A DNA stretch of 64,000 nt from an uncultured bacterium (GTDB lineage: Bacteria > Chloroflexota > UBA5177 > JANWHV01): contig CAVSOU010000007.1 in assembly GCA_963729625.1 (NCBI GenBank), positions 448,001 to 512,000 of the forward strand, read 5' to 3'. The notes below the pieces were generated by a model, which was not told the DNA's origin, made no database searches, and was given only the letters and a program-made list of their open reading frames with translations. This document shows, in pieces, positions 43,405 to 53,769 of the stretch (the first letter of the stretch is position 1; every line of letters starts with the position of its first letter). Position numbers and translations under genes: made by a program.

Positions 43405-44071
43405 GTATAACCTCCATTACCGCCGCGGCACGAATGCATCCGTCTTGCCTTAACAACCCAGCCCGGGAGCGGCAGGCGGGGGCTAGCTGAATCCCGTCGC
43501 ACGGTGCCGGCCCTCCACGAGAACCCCCCGCCACGCGCGGGTGCCCCGTCCAGGACTGGCGCACGCATGCCGGGCTTCTGCCTGGTCCGGCTTCCAGCCG
43601 GTGTTGCTAAGGCGAGCGGCGGCTCCCACGGCTGCGGCGAGCCCGTGGTCACCACCTCGGCGCAGCCGGCAGGCCGCCCTCCCCGCGGGAAAGGGACGGT
43701 GTCCGTCCCTCGCGCCAAGGCCCCTTCCGCAGCACGCTCCCTGACCCCAGCACCCCGGGTTCCGGTCCGATGCACGATCTCGCACCAGGAGCCGCGGACA
43801 ATACGGTCGCGCAGCGCACTGCTTCGCTAGCGTAAGCCAGTATGGGCTCGGCGCACATCCTCGTTCGAGTAAGGCCGCACCTGGCCTGTTCAGGGGGGGT
43901 AGCTGGAGGCTGCGCCACAGTACCACGCACTCTCACCAGCCGCCGAAACCTTGAGCCATGCTACAAGTGGGCGGTGCGGCGGTGGCGGGCCGGGGTGAAT
44001 GGCGTGAGTGGCACGCCATACGTGCCATTGTGAGCCGTTACTTCCCATAGTACATTGGGCCGTGACAGGCC

Positions 44072-47000
44072 ATGTGCACAGTCATCGCGCTAGCACGGCT
44101 TGCGTGCCCCTTGCGAGGACGCGAAGCCTGGCGACGCTTGGCGTTTTTTGCATGCCGGACGGGCGTTCCAGCCATACGGGATCGGTCGTCGGCAACGAGC
44201 TGGAAGGATTGTGTCGTGAGCAGCCTGGCACGGTTTGTCAGTGCGTGCCATCTGAGAAGCTCTGAGTGCCGATCGTGGCGACCAAGGCCGGCCATTCCGC
44301 TGGCCGTGCTCATGGTGGTGATGCAAACGCTGGTGCCGCTCGCGGCGACAGCGCCACAAACCGCGCACGCCGACGACACGCCCTGTGTCGTGTCCAGCCC
44401 TGCCGATGACGGCAGTATCGGGACCCTGCGCACGATCGTCGGCCTGGGCGTGTGTCCCGAGATTACCTTCGACACCGCGCAGATGGGTGCCGCCACGATC
44501 ACGCTTACCTCCGGCCCGATCCAAATTGGCACGGGCGACAGCTCAAATCTGCAGACGGTGGCGATAGACGGCGGCAGCGGCGTGACCATCCAGGGAGATG
44601 ACGTAGACTCGATCTTTACCGTCACGACCGGCGGTATTCTGACACTCAATAACCTGACTATTAGTGGCTCCGGCGATAGCGCCATCTGCAACAATGGCAC
44701 GCTAAACGTCGAAGGCTCCGTCCTCTCTGGCAACAGCGGTTTGAATGGCGGCGGCGCCATCTTCAACGACGGGTCCCTCGGCGCCGTCGCCACGCTCACC
44801 GATACGGCCATCACGAGCAACGCGGCGCCCATGGGCGGCGCCATTTACAATTATGGCGACGGGGGTACGGTCACGCTGACAATTGCCAACAGCACGCTGA
44901 GCGGCAACAGCACGTTCGGCGGCTCCGGCGGCGCTATCTCCGACGTCGGCGGTCCCGGCGGCGCCATCTACAACGATGGCGGCGCAGGCGCTGTGACTGT
45001 GGCAATTGCCAACAGCACGCTGAGCGGCAACAGCGCGAACTCCGGCGGCGGCATCTACAACGACGGCGACGGAGGCACGGTGAGTGTGACGATCGCCAAC
45101 AGCACGCTGAGCGGCAACAGCGCGCTCGTGGTCAGGCGGCACAGGATTCCGATTGTCGGCGCCGGCGACGGGCTCTACAACACGGCGGATGGTGGCGACG
45201 CGTCCCTGGCCGTGCACAGCAGCATCCTCGCCGACGGCGCGACCAACGAGTGCGCGGGCGACAGCTCGATCACCGACGACGGCTACGACCTCGCGCTTGG
45301 GACGACGGACGGCAACGGCTGCGCCCTGGACTCCGGCGACGAGGACGTGTCCACGGACGACCCGAGCTTCAGCGGCGGCGAACCCACGAATGGCGAGCTG
45401 GCCGATAATGGCGGAGCGACCCAGACCATCGCACTCGGTCCTGGGAGCATCGCCATCGGCAACGGCGACTGTCAGGCGTACACGGACTCGACGAGCGAAG
45501 ATGTGTATGCGGCCGTCACCACGGATCAGCGAGGGGCCGGATACCCGCGCAAGGATCCTTGCGACATCGGCGCCTTCGAGGCCGCCGGCGATGCGGTAAC
45601 GGCAACGGACACCCCGACGGCCACGGGCACAGCCACCTTGACTGATACCTACACACCGAGTGACACGGCTACGCTCACCGAGCCACCGAGCGACACCCCG
45701 ACGGACACGGCCACGGACACGGCCACCACGATCGATACCTCTACACCGAGTGACACGGCGACGGACACAGCCACGGTCACCGAGCCAGCGAGCGACACAC
45801 CGACCGCGGCCGATACATCCACGAACACGTACACGCCGAGTGACACGCCGACGGGCACGGCCACGGCGACCGATACCTCTACACCGAGTGACACCCCGGC
45901 GGACACGGCCACGGTCACCGAGCTACCGAGCGATACCAGTACGGCTTCCAATACACCGGCTCCCACCAACACAGCAAGCGACACCCCGACTGTCATCGGC
46001 ACGGCAGGCTATACCCCAGCAGCTACGGACACGCCAAGCAACACAGCGACGGATACCTACACGGCCAGTGCCACACCGAGCAACACGCCGACCGTCACCA
46101 ATACGCAGACAGATACGCCCACCAGCACGTACTCGCCAACAGCCATGCCGACCGATACCCACCCCCCAGCGGATACCTCGACGGGCACAGATACGGCGAG
46201 CGTGACCGCGGTCGCCACAGGCACAGCCAGTAGTACGCCGGTCCCGACAGACACGGCCACCGACACGCCCGCTGACACCAGCACAGCCAGCGACACGCCA
46301 ACCCCTACGGACACGGCGAGCGGTACGCCTTCGGCGACTCACGCGCCCACGAGCACGGTCACCGGCACGCCGACGGATACGGCTACGAGCACGCCGACGG
46401 CTACGGCTACCAGCACGAGGACGGAGATGGCGGTCGATCCGCCGGTCAATCTGCCCACGAGCGCGCCGTACGTGCTGTCATCGCCAACCGCGACTGGGGC
46501 GGCCGTGACCTCGAGCACGGCTACACCAGCCGACACCGGCTCCGCCCTTCCGCAGTTCACCAGTACGGCGATGCCAACGGCCACTGGCAGCAGCGCCTCC
46601 GCGGACGCGGCCACCGCCGTGCCACCCGTCCCCACCCCGGCAGGGCACGCCTCGGCGCTGGCAACGAACGGGACCATGCCCGCAACGTTCCAGGGTGGTC
46701 CGGCGATGGCCGCGGTACTGAGCGGCTCCACGCAGATCGCCCTGCGCGTCGCCTCGGATGCCGTGGCCCGCGGACAGACCCTCACCTTGAACGCATCGCT
46801 TGAGTCGTATGGCGGCTCATTGACAGGCAGCGTGACCTTCAAGGAGGGCAAGCTGGTGCTGGGCACCGCCAGCGTGCACGACGGAGTGGCCTTCCTGACG
46901 GTGACCATGCAGGCTGTCGGCCCCCACCATATCGTGGCCGTATATGACGGCCCGCACGGCTTGGTGGTAAGCACGACACCCCTCTCCATCACGGTCGGGC

Positions 47001-47374
47001 GCGCACCGAGTGCGCTGAGCGTCTGGAACCAGAAGCACACGGTAGTGGGCGGGCGCAAGAACGCCTGCCAAGCGCTCATGAGTGCCGGTATCCCCTCGCA
47101 GTCGGGCTGCGAGGCCGTCTTCAGCACCTGGCTGCCCGGGGCCAGGGTCACCGATACGCTCAGCTATGCCGACGGCACGCGCCAGACCTACACCGGCACC
47201 GCCGATGGCACGGGGCATCTACAGCACGCATTCGTGGTGAAGTACGAGCCCTCGCTCCACGCGAGGCACGGGGAGCCCGCTACCAGGGCCTGGATCAGTG
47301 TGGTGGCTACGAGCAAGGATGGTACCGAGACCAAGTCGGCCTGCCTGCGCTTCGCCGTGCTACCCAAGTTCTGA
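44072..47374 (+). CDS. Large surface protein: Pmp-like GGAI beta-helix, choice-of-anchor-Q-like segment, Thr/Asp/Pro stalk, Ig-like domain (true start probably ~44217)
   Basis: GGAIFN/GGAIYN, IANSTLSGNS x3, LADNGGATQT..DQRG..CDIGAFE, GSVTFKEG...LGTASV. Confidence 0.85.
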   Translation: MCTVIALARLACPLRGREAWRRLAFFACRTGVPAIRDRSSATSWKDCVVSSLARFVSACHLRSSECRSWRPRPAIPLAVLMVVMQTLVPLAATAPQTAHADDTPCVVSSPADDGSIGTLRTIVGLGVCPEITFDTAQMGAATITLTSGPIQIGTGDSSNLQTVAIDGGSGVTIQGDDVDSIFTVTTGGILTLNNLTISGSGDSAICNNGTLNVEGSVLSGNSGLNGGGAIFNDGSLGAVATLTDTAITSNAAPMGGAIYNYGDGGTVTLTIANSTLSGNSTFGGSGGAISDVGGPGGAIYNDGGAGAVTVAIANSTLSGNSANSGGGIYNDGDGGTVSVTIANSTLSGNSALVVRRHRIPIVGAGDGLYNTADGGDASLAVHSSILADGATNECAGDSSITDDGYDLALGTTDGNGCALDSGDEDVSTDDPSFSGGEPTNGELADNGGATQTIALGPGSIAIGNGDCQAYTDSTSEDVYAAVTTDQRGAGYPRKDPCDIGAFEAAGDAVTATDTPTATGTATLTDTYTPSDTATLTEPPSDTPTDTATDTATTIDTSTPSDTATDTATVTEPASDTPTAADTSTNTYTPSDTPTGTATATDTSTPSDTPADTATVTELPSDTSTASNTPAPTNTASDTPTVIGTAGYTPAATDTPSNTATDTYTASATPSNTPTVTNTQTDTPTSTYSPTAMPTDTHPPADTSTGTDTASVTAVATGTASSTPVPTDTATDTPADTSTASDTPTPTDTASGTPSATHAPTSTVTGTPTDTATSTPTATATSTRTEMAVDPPVNLPTSAPYVLSSPTATGAAVTSSTATPADTGSALPQFTSTAMPTATGSSASADAATAVPPVPTPAGHASALATNGTMPATFQGGPAMAAVLSGSTQIALRVASDAVARGQTLTLNASLESYGGSLTGSVTFKEGKLVLGTASVHDGVAFLTVTMQAVGPHHIVAVYDGPHGLVVSTTPLSITVGRAPSALSVWNQKHTVVGGRKNACQALMSAGIPSQSGCEAVFSTWLPGARVTDTLSYADGTRQTYTGTADGTGHLQHAFVVKYEPSLHARHGEPATRAWISVVATSKDGTETKSACLRFAVLPKF
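45590..46420 (+). repeat. Degenerate Thr/Asp/Pro-rich coding repeats
   Basis: Recurring TPSDT/ATDT units (ACACCGAGTGACAC). Confidence 0.8.
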
Positions 47375-48099
47375 CGGCGGCGACTGCCTCCACTGTGACG
47401 TGCCGCAGCCCGACGCATGCTTCTTTGCGCGGAGAACGGTTTCACAACGGATGTCGCACTGCTTGCCGTCAAGGCGGAGGGCGTGACGGCGGCCGCACCC
47501 GAGATTCGCCCGTGCCGCATAGTTGTCTTCTGCATTGCTCATGCATCGACTTCATCTCTCTACTGCTTTGGAAGGCGCAATCTTCGTGGCTGTCGCCGGC
47601 CCGGTCAACGCACGCCTGGCAGGCTCCGTGCAAACGGCAGTCAGGCGAGCCGCTTGTAAAGCTGCTCACACGCCTCGTTGAAGCTCGTCCATACATCCAC
47701 AATGAACTGCGGTGAACCAACATCCTGGCACGAAGGCGGAGGGGTGGAGATCGCGATGCGGATGCGTAGCACGGTAATCGTCAGCCAGTAGCCCGGCTGC
47801 CTAGCCGCCAAGTACATTACCCGTACGCGGCAGCGGCCTCACCTACAGCCAGCACCGCAACACAGAGCGGGCGGCGCTCCGGCTCGGCAGTGTAGAATTG
47901 CCGCAGCGGCGGCGTTCCGGCCGGTGCCCGGCCAGAGACCGGACGCCGAAAAGAATAGCCTGGACACGTATCCTATACGATGGAGTAGTAGTTCGCGGTA
48001 GACTCGACAGTGACGGGGCTGGTAGGTGCGCCCTGGGCGGTCGGCGACGCACGTGCCGTCTGACCGTAGCAACTCTCAGTCTGCGGGAATGGTGCAAGG

Positions 48100-48483
48100 A
48101 TGTCGCGACAGATAGCAATCGCAGAAGTTGACGAGATGCTCCGCGCGCTGTTTCGCGAGTTCATCATCCTTGACGGATATGACCCACAGGTCGTGCAGCC
48201 GACCACGGATGCTGTGGCGGGGCTCGCCGCGATGGGCCCAGCCGTGCTGGTCCCGGGTGCGCGCCTGCAGGATACGGATCCCGGCTTGCGGCTGCTCCGG
48301 GCTATTTGGCGAGAGCCAGCGCTGGCTCACCTGCCGGTCATCCTGTGCACGACCGACGCGGACCGCCGACGATTGCCGCGCGAACACGGGGAGCAGCCTT
48401 GCTGCCAGCTGCTGCGCGAGCCGTTCAGTTTGGCCGAGTTCGAAACAGCATTCACGGCCGCGTTGGCTGCGGCGTCACCATAG
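48100..48483 (+). CDS. Stand-alone atypical receiver-domain protein
   Basis: IAIAEVD...GLRLLRAI...LAHLPVILCT...LREPFSLAEF; the expected phospho-Asp is absent. Confidence 0.75.
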   Translation: MSRQIAIAEVDEMLRALFREFIILDGYDPQVVQPTTDAVAGLAAMGPAVLVPGARLQDTDPGLRLLRAIWREPALAHLPVILCTTDADRRRLPREHGEQPCCQLLREPFSLAEFETAFTAALAAASP

Positions 48484-48613
48484 GAGGAATCGCGCTGCCA
48501 GGTGCCGCGCCCCCGGTCGCGGCGCCTACTCCCTGCCCGCTGGAGCGTTGGCGTGAAGCGGGAGGGCGTCAGGGCACCAGACAAGATTGCCACCATGACC
48601 ATGCGAGGCAGCC

Positions 48614-51600
48614 TCAGCTACCCTCGGGCCGGAGCTCAACCGTCGGCCGGCTGAGCCACTCGACGAGCTGCTCCGCCGGTAGCGGAACAGACAGGTAGAA
48701 GCCCTGGGCGCTGTCTGCCCCCAGGCCGCAGAGCTGGGAGTAGGTGTCACCATCCTCCACCCCCTCGGTAACCACATCCATTCCCAGCGAGCGCGCCAAT
48801 CCAATGGTGGAGGCGACAATCGTCTGGTCGCCCACATGCCCTTTCATCCGCTGCACAAACGTGCGGTCGATCTTCAGCTCTGTCAGCGGCAAAACCGACA
48901 GGTAGGCCAGCGACGAGTATCCCGTGCCGAAGTCGTCGATTGCCAGCCGCACGCCCATGCCGGCGAGTCGTTCCAGGCTCGCTTTCGTGCCCTCCACGTC
49001 GGCCATCACCACGGTCTCCGTTACCTCCAGGGTCAGGCGTTGCGCCGGGACACCATGCTGTGCAAGCAGTCGCTCTACGGTCGCGCACAGGTCGGGGTCA
49101 CGCACGTCACAAATCGACAGGTTGACGGCAACTTGCAGGTGCCACCCCTTGGCCGCCCACACTGCCCACTGCCGCAGCGCCGTATCGAGCACCCACTTCG
49201 TCAATGGGATGATCACGCCCGTCTGCTCGGCCAGAGGGATGAACTCTTCAGGCAGCAGCAGGCCGAGGTGAGGGTGCTGCCAGCGCACGAGGGCTTCGAC
49301 GCCGTAGACCTGTCCGGACGCGAAGTCCGTCGTCGGCTGGTAATACAGGCGCAGCTCACCGTGCTCGACTGCGACCCGCAAGTCAGACGCCAGACCGTGA
49401 CGCCCCCGATCGTGCCCGTTGAAACTGGGGTCGTAGAGCGCATAGCCAAGCTGCCCGCGTTTGGCCGCGTACATGGCCACATCCGCACATCCGAGCAGCG
49501 TAGCGGCATCCCGGCCGTGTTCGGGATATACGGCAAGGCCCACGCTGGCGCCAATGGACAGCGGATGGCCTTCCACCACAAAGGGCGCCTGCATAGCGGC
49601 GTGGATCTGCTGGGCCACCACCTGCGCGCCCGCTCCGTCCGCCCGTGGCAGCACGATGGCGAACTCATCTCCGCCCAGCCGCGCCACAAAATCGCTCGCG
49701 CGTACGCTACCGCGCAGGCGGTCGGCAACCTGCCGCAGCAAGGCATCACCCATCTGGTGACCAAGAGTATCGTTGACCTCCTTGAAGCGGTCGAGGTCGA
49801 GACTGAGCATGCTCGCGCACCCGGCATCCTGGTCCGCGCCTACCATGGCGTGTTCCAGGCGATCGAGGAACGCGATGCGGTTCGGCAGACCGGTCAATGC
49901 ATCGTGCTGCGCCATATGGGCCAACCGCGTCTCCAGCTGCTGCTGGGCCGAAATGTCGGTCTGCGATCCCGCGATCCGCACGGGCTCTGATCCCTCGCGC
50001 ACCACGGCCCCGCGGCACAGCATCCACCGGTAGCTGCCATCGCGGTGTAGCAACCGGTACCGGTACTCGACTCGGTCGGAGCCTACCGCGATCTGCTGGG
50101 CGATGCCGCGTTCGAGCGCGCCACGGTCATCAGGATGGACCAGCTCAAACCAGCTGCCGGGTACGGCTTCGACCTCATCATCGGCAAACCCCGCCATCTC
50201 TTTCCACCGCGCCGAGTAGTAGACGCGGTTATCGCGCAAGTCCCAATCCCACAGGCCGTCGTTCGTCCCTTTTGTGGCCACCGCGTACCGCTCCTCGCTC
50301 ACACGGAACGACTGGAGCAGCTCGCGCTCCAGTGCCGCCATCAGCAGCACGGACCACTGCCAGACGGCGGCGGCGTCCGAAATCGTATGGCTCTCCACCG
50401 GGCTCAGAAGGGCCAGGGCGCCCCAGTCGCGGTCGGCCGTCTGCAGCGGCAGCACCATGGGCACATAGAGTGTGGCGTTCGGCGCGGTTCGCTCGACGAC
50501 GTCAAGCGGAGGGAACGACTCCGGGGGACAGCACGCGCCGGCCTGTACAGTCGACCCGAGGTCATGCGGGTAGACACCGGCGATGGTCAGCTCGCCCCCG
50601 GGGGTGTCGTGCTGCCAGAGCCCTAGGCATCCAGCCACGGCAGGCGTGTCGCGCAGCCACGCCAGATCACGCACGCTCGCTTTGCCCGGTTGCAGCATGG
50701 CGAGGCTGGTGTGGTAGTTCTGGTTCGAGCTGACCTGCGCGTCAACCATGCTCTCTACGAAGGGTAGGCGCGCGGCATACAGCAATTCGGTGCGCAGCTC
50801 GTACAGAACATCGTTGACGCGATCCGTCACATTGCTCGGATGGTTGCCGGCGCCCAGCACGGCCAGTACCGCCCGTTCGAGCAGAAAAATGGCACGATTC
50901 GCCGCCTCGACGCCGTGCGCGCAGGCGCACAGGTGCCGGCACGCCCCATTGAGTTCCCCTGGTAACGGCAGCGGCCCGCCATGCAGGGCAACCTCCAGGG
51001 CGGCAATGCAGCGGTCGATAGCCGCGGATGCCGCGCGAACACCCTTGGCGAACGCCTCGGGCGCGTCGCCGCACACTTCTCGTGCCAGGGCCTGCCGAAG
51101 CACCGTTGCCCAAGCCCCCTCTGTAGCGCTATCCGGCTGCCACGTTCGCTGCCTGACGCCGAACGAGGAGCACCCGCACGATTGCCGATAGACCGGCTCC
51201 GACGGCACAAACACACGCTCCGACGGTACGTGCTGGCCCGCCAGCATGGTCAATACCAACCTGGCGGCCTCCGCGCCGAGTGCCTCGTTGTCCTGGTGGA
51301 CGGTGGTCAAGGCCGGTGCTGCCATGGCGTTGAGCGCCAGGTCGTCGAAGCCGGTTATCGCGAGGTCGCCGGGTATCCGGTACCCCGCGTCCTGCATGCG
51401 CGCCATCAGGCCCAGCGCGTTCTGATCTGTGGCCGCGCAGACGGCTGTGCAGGTCATGCCGGTAGCGAGGAGTGCCTCCGCGGCAGCAAGACCGCCGGGC
51501 TCGTTCATGTCCGGTGCGTCGAAGCATAGCCCTGGATCGGGCTCGATGCCCACTTCCCGCAGCGCGCCCACGTACGCCGCAAAGCGGTCGCGGGTATCCT

Positions 51601-52180
51601 CAAACGCGAGGCACCCCACGAAACCGATACGCCGGTGCCCATGGTCCACCAGGTGCCGCACTATTGCCGCCATTCCCGTCCGGTTGTCAGGGAACACGGC
51701 AGGTATACCGAGGTCCTCGTAGCCGGCGCAAACGCTGACCAGCGGCTTGCCGGACTGTTTGAGACGCTGCAGCGTGCCGCGACCCACGGCGTCGAGCACC
51801 ACGACATACCCGTCCACGAGGTCGCGCGCGTAGGGCACGTACGCTCTCGCGTCGCCCGCCACGGGGACCTCGCGCCACTGAGGGAGCGCCTGGATGCCGA
51901 TGACGCGTCCCCCTGCGTGTTTCGCGGCCCGATGCAGGCCGGCAATAACGTTGCCGAAGAACTCATCGCCGAGGGCAGTGGCGATGATCCCGATGGTCGG
52001 TTGCCGGCGATCAGCGCGACCGCGCGTCACACGCGTGGTCGACGGTCGCACGGCTTCTGCCGATGCGGCCGCGGGTTCCGGGCTGTCGCGCCGGCTTCGT
52101 AGCGTCCCGCGAACCGGACGCGTGCTCACCGGCGACTCTCGCCGCGTAGTCCCAGCCCTACGATGGCGGTGTCTTGCCAC
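48614..52180 (-). CDS. LacI-type ligand-binding sensor - PAS - GGDEF - EAL protein (start possibly 52129)
   Basis: HLVDHGHRRIGFV, GFDD, RQSCGC; DGLWDWDL; RASD..LGGDEF; VEALVRW, DDFGTGYSS. Confidence 0.92.
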   Translation of the reverse strand: MARHRHRRAGTTRRESPVSTRPVRGTLRSRRDSPEPAAASAEAVRPSTTRVTRGRADRRQPTIGIIATALGDEFFGNVIAGLHRAAKHAGGRVIGIQALPQWREVPVAGDARAYVPYARDLVDGYVVVLDAVGRGTLQRLKQSGKPLVSVCAGYEDLGIPAVFPDNRTGMAAIVRHLVDHGHRRIGFVGCLAFEDTRDRFAAYVGALREVGIEPDPGLCFDAPDMNEPGGLAAAEALLATGMTCTAVCAATDQNALGLMARMQDAGYRIPGDLAITGFDDLALNAMAAPALTTVHQDNEALGAEAARLVLTMLAGQHVPSERVFVPSEPVYRQSCGCSSFGVRQRTWQPDSATEGAWATVLRQALAREVCGDAPEAFAKGVRAASAAIDRCIAALEVALHGGPLPLPGELNGACRHLCACAHGVEAANRAIFLLERAVLAVLGAGNHPSNVTDRVNDVLYELRTELLYAARLPFVESMVDAQVSSNQNYHTSLAMLQPGKASVRDLAWLRDTPAVAGCLGLWQHDTPGGELTIAGVYPHDLGSTVQAGACCPPESFPPLDVVERTAPNATLYVPMVLPLQTADRDWGALALLSPVESHTISDAAAVWQWSVLLMAALERELLQSFRVSEERYAVATKGTNDGLWDWDLRDNRVYYSARWKEMAGFADDEVEAVPGSWFELVHPDDRGALERGIAQQIAVGSDRVEYRYRLLHRDGSYRWMLCRGAVVREGSEPVRIAGSQTDISAQQQLETRLAHMAQHDALTGLPNRIAFLDRLEHAMVGADQDAGCASMLSLDLDRFKEVNDTLGHQMGDALLRQVADRLRGSVRASDFVARLGGDEFAIVLPRADGAGAQVVAQQIHAAMQAPFVVEGHPLSIGASVGLAVYPEHGRDAATLLGCADVAMYAAKRGQLGYALYDPSFNGHDRGRHGLASDLRVAVEHGELRLYYQPTTDFASGQVYGVEALVRWQHPHLGLLLPEEFIPLAEQTGVIIPLTKWVLDTALRQWAVWAAKGWHLQVAVNLSICDVRDPDLCATVERLLAQHGVPAQRLTLEVTETVVMADVEGTKASLERLAGMGVRLAIDDFGTGYSSLAYLSVLPLTELKIDRTFVQRMKGHVGDQTIVASTIGLARSLGMDVVTEGVEDGDTYSQLCGLGADSAQGFYLSVPLPAEQLVEWLSRPTVELRPEGS

Positions 52181-52832
52181 TCGGCGCCGCCGACCCGCAG
52201 AGCTCGCGCAGGTCCATAGCGGCTTCCGGCAGGAGGCCGTAACATGCCTCTCATCCCCTTAATTCGCGAAGACTCCTGATCGCGTCTACTTCTTGCAGCC
52301 TACACCAACAGGGTAGCCATGATCACTCCCCCAACAGGGTTGGCAGGTGGAGCGGCGTTATTGCGGACGCGATTGGTCGCCGCTGTGCCACGCGGGAGTT
52401 GAACCAACCACTCGCCGCGCTCTGGCCGATGTCCGGATCGCCTGCGTCTGACGGAGCCACAAGGTTGTGGAGGCATGCGCTGACGGTGGACCGTGCTGTG
52501 CGCCTTCACGCCACGTGGACGTCTGATCGGCCATTGGCCAAGAGGCCCTACGCCGGCAGCGAGGCTGCGGCTCCATGTCGCACGTTTGCAGACCCGCGAG
52601 GCGTCGCCAGACTGGCTAGCAAGAGCGGGCCACCTCGTTCGGGTGATGTGTCGGTCAGGCGTCACGCCTACTATTGGGTTGGAGCGCGGACGTATCGCTA
52701 AGGAAGTGCTCACAACGCCGGCGTGATGGCCATGCAGACGGTGGCTGCGTTCGCCGCGCTCGTCCGAGGAGGGATACAGGTAGAAAGCCAGAGAGGGAAC
52801 ACTGTCCCGGTCGCGATTTGTGTCAAGAGCAG

Positions 52833-52895
52833 GCCAACTGGGGCTCCGCCAACTGGGGCTCGGTAAATTGGGGTAGCGACTACTGAGGGAACTAA
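52833..52895 (+). pseudogene. Remnant 3' end of an S8-type WGS-repeat tail
   Basis: ANWGS-ANWGS-VNWGS-DY-TGA-GN-TAA parallels ...ASWGS-DYWG* of the S8 gene. Confidence 0.75.
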
Positions 52896-52925
52896 CCCCG
52901 GATCTCGATGAAAGGGAATGCATGT

Positions 52926-53444
52926 ATGAAGAAGACAATCTCGGGCCTCGTCCGCGGCACGGCATGTGCGGTAATCGTGGCAAGTGGCCTGGCGGGGTTG
53001 TGGCAGCACACGCCCGGCGCCCATGCCGCCGTGGCCAGCCGGCGTGACCCCATTCTGTTGATTTCCACGCCTACGGCGTCTGGTGCCACGCTGACTCTGG
53101 TTCAGGTCGTGGCCTCCATCTCCGCGAACAGCACGCAGGTGAAAGGTGTCAGCTTCGCCATCCACGGTCCAGTCGGTAGCTCGCTGACGAAAGAACTCTT
53201 GACCGGCGCGGGCGAAACTTACACGTACACGGCGGACCGCGTGGACACCTCCTACTCGACCGTGACCACCGTTACCGTGAGTGGGGCGGCCGTGCCGGTG
53301 ACCGTGACCTCCAGTGTCCTGGCAACCGATATGCAGACGGTGCTGTACCAGTCGACTGCCGTGGCTGGCATGAGTGGCAAGGGTATCACCACGACGGTAT
53401 GCCCGGTCGCCCTGGCCAATACCAATGCCGGCTGGGGGTCGTAG
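52926..53444 (+). CDS. Secreted beta-rich protein ending AGWGS (paralog B)
   Basis: AAAGGGA RBS; shares GAHAAVASRRDPILL, AIHGP, ELLTGA, TDMxTVLYQ with paralog A. Confidence 0.88.
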   Translation: MKKTISGLVRGTACAVIVASGLAGLWQHTPGAHAAVASRRDPILLISTPTASGATLTLVQVVASISANSTQVKGVSFAIHGPVGSSLTKELLTGAGETYTYTADRVDTSYSTVTTVTVSGAAVPVTVTSSVLATDMQTVLYQSTAVAGMSGKGITTTVCPVALANTNAGWGS

Positions 53445-53504
53445 GCAGCCCTCACAGCGGCCGTGCAATAGCAGGTAGTGAAGGTAATGAACGGAGAAAC
53501 AATC

Positions 53505-53687
53505 GTGAGTGGACAGAGGAAGAATCGATCGTTGCCGGTGCTCTGGCGCCGGATCGCCGTGTTGGCCCTGGTAATTCTTGGCACAGGCCTCTTCATCAGC
53601 CAGCCGGCACATGGCCTGGGCGGCACGAATACGGCAGCATGTGCGACATGTCACGTCGACAAGCCGTCCGCCGGCTGGGGGTCGTAG
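53505..53687 (+). CDS. 60-aa secreted peptide ending CATCHVDKPSAGWGS
   Basis: GGAG RBS plus GTG; basic n-region, hydrophobic core, AHG cleavage site; same terminal codons as paralog B (GCC GGC TGG GGG TCG TAG). Confidence 0.78.
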   Translation: MSGQRKNRSLPVLWRRIAVLALVILGTGLFISQPAHGLGGTNTAACATCHVDKPSAGWGS

Positions 53688-53769
53688 GGGCCACAGCGAG
53701 CAGCTGCAATGGTTGGGTGCGCGGCTCCCGGCCGAAGCTGCGCTCGTGTACTGGACAGGCAACGCTCGG
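53681..53769 (+). repeat. Copy 1 of an 89-bp imperfect direct repeat
   Basis: Ungapped hand alignment with 54024-54112: 69/89 identical. Confidence 0.8.

Noticed and set aside
43440-43940. Further WGS peptide gene or cyclic-dinucleotide riboswitch upstream of paralog A
   Set aside because: No frame gives a signal peptide plus WGS-stop, and GCTGAATCC/GGCGGGGG fragments are not in riboswitch order or orientation. An Rfam scan would settle it.
47375-48099. Short ORFs between the surface protein and the receiver gene
   Set aside because: No convincing coding signal or structure seen.
52884-52886. TGA recoded as Trp
   Set aside because: TGA serves as a normal stop for many genes in this window; a nonsense mutation in a remnant is simpler.
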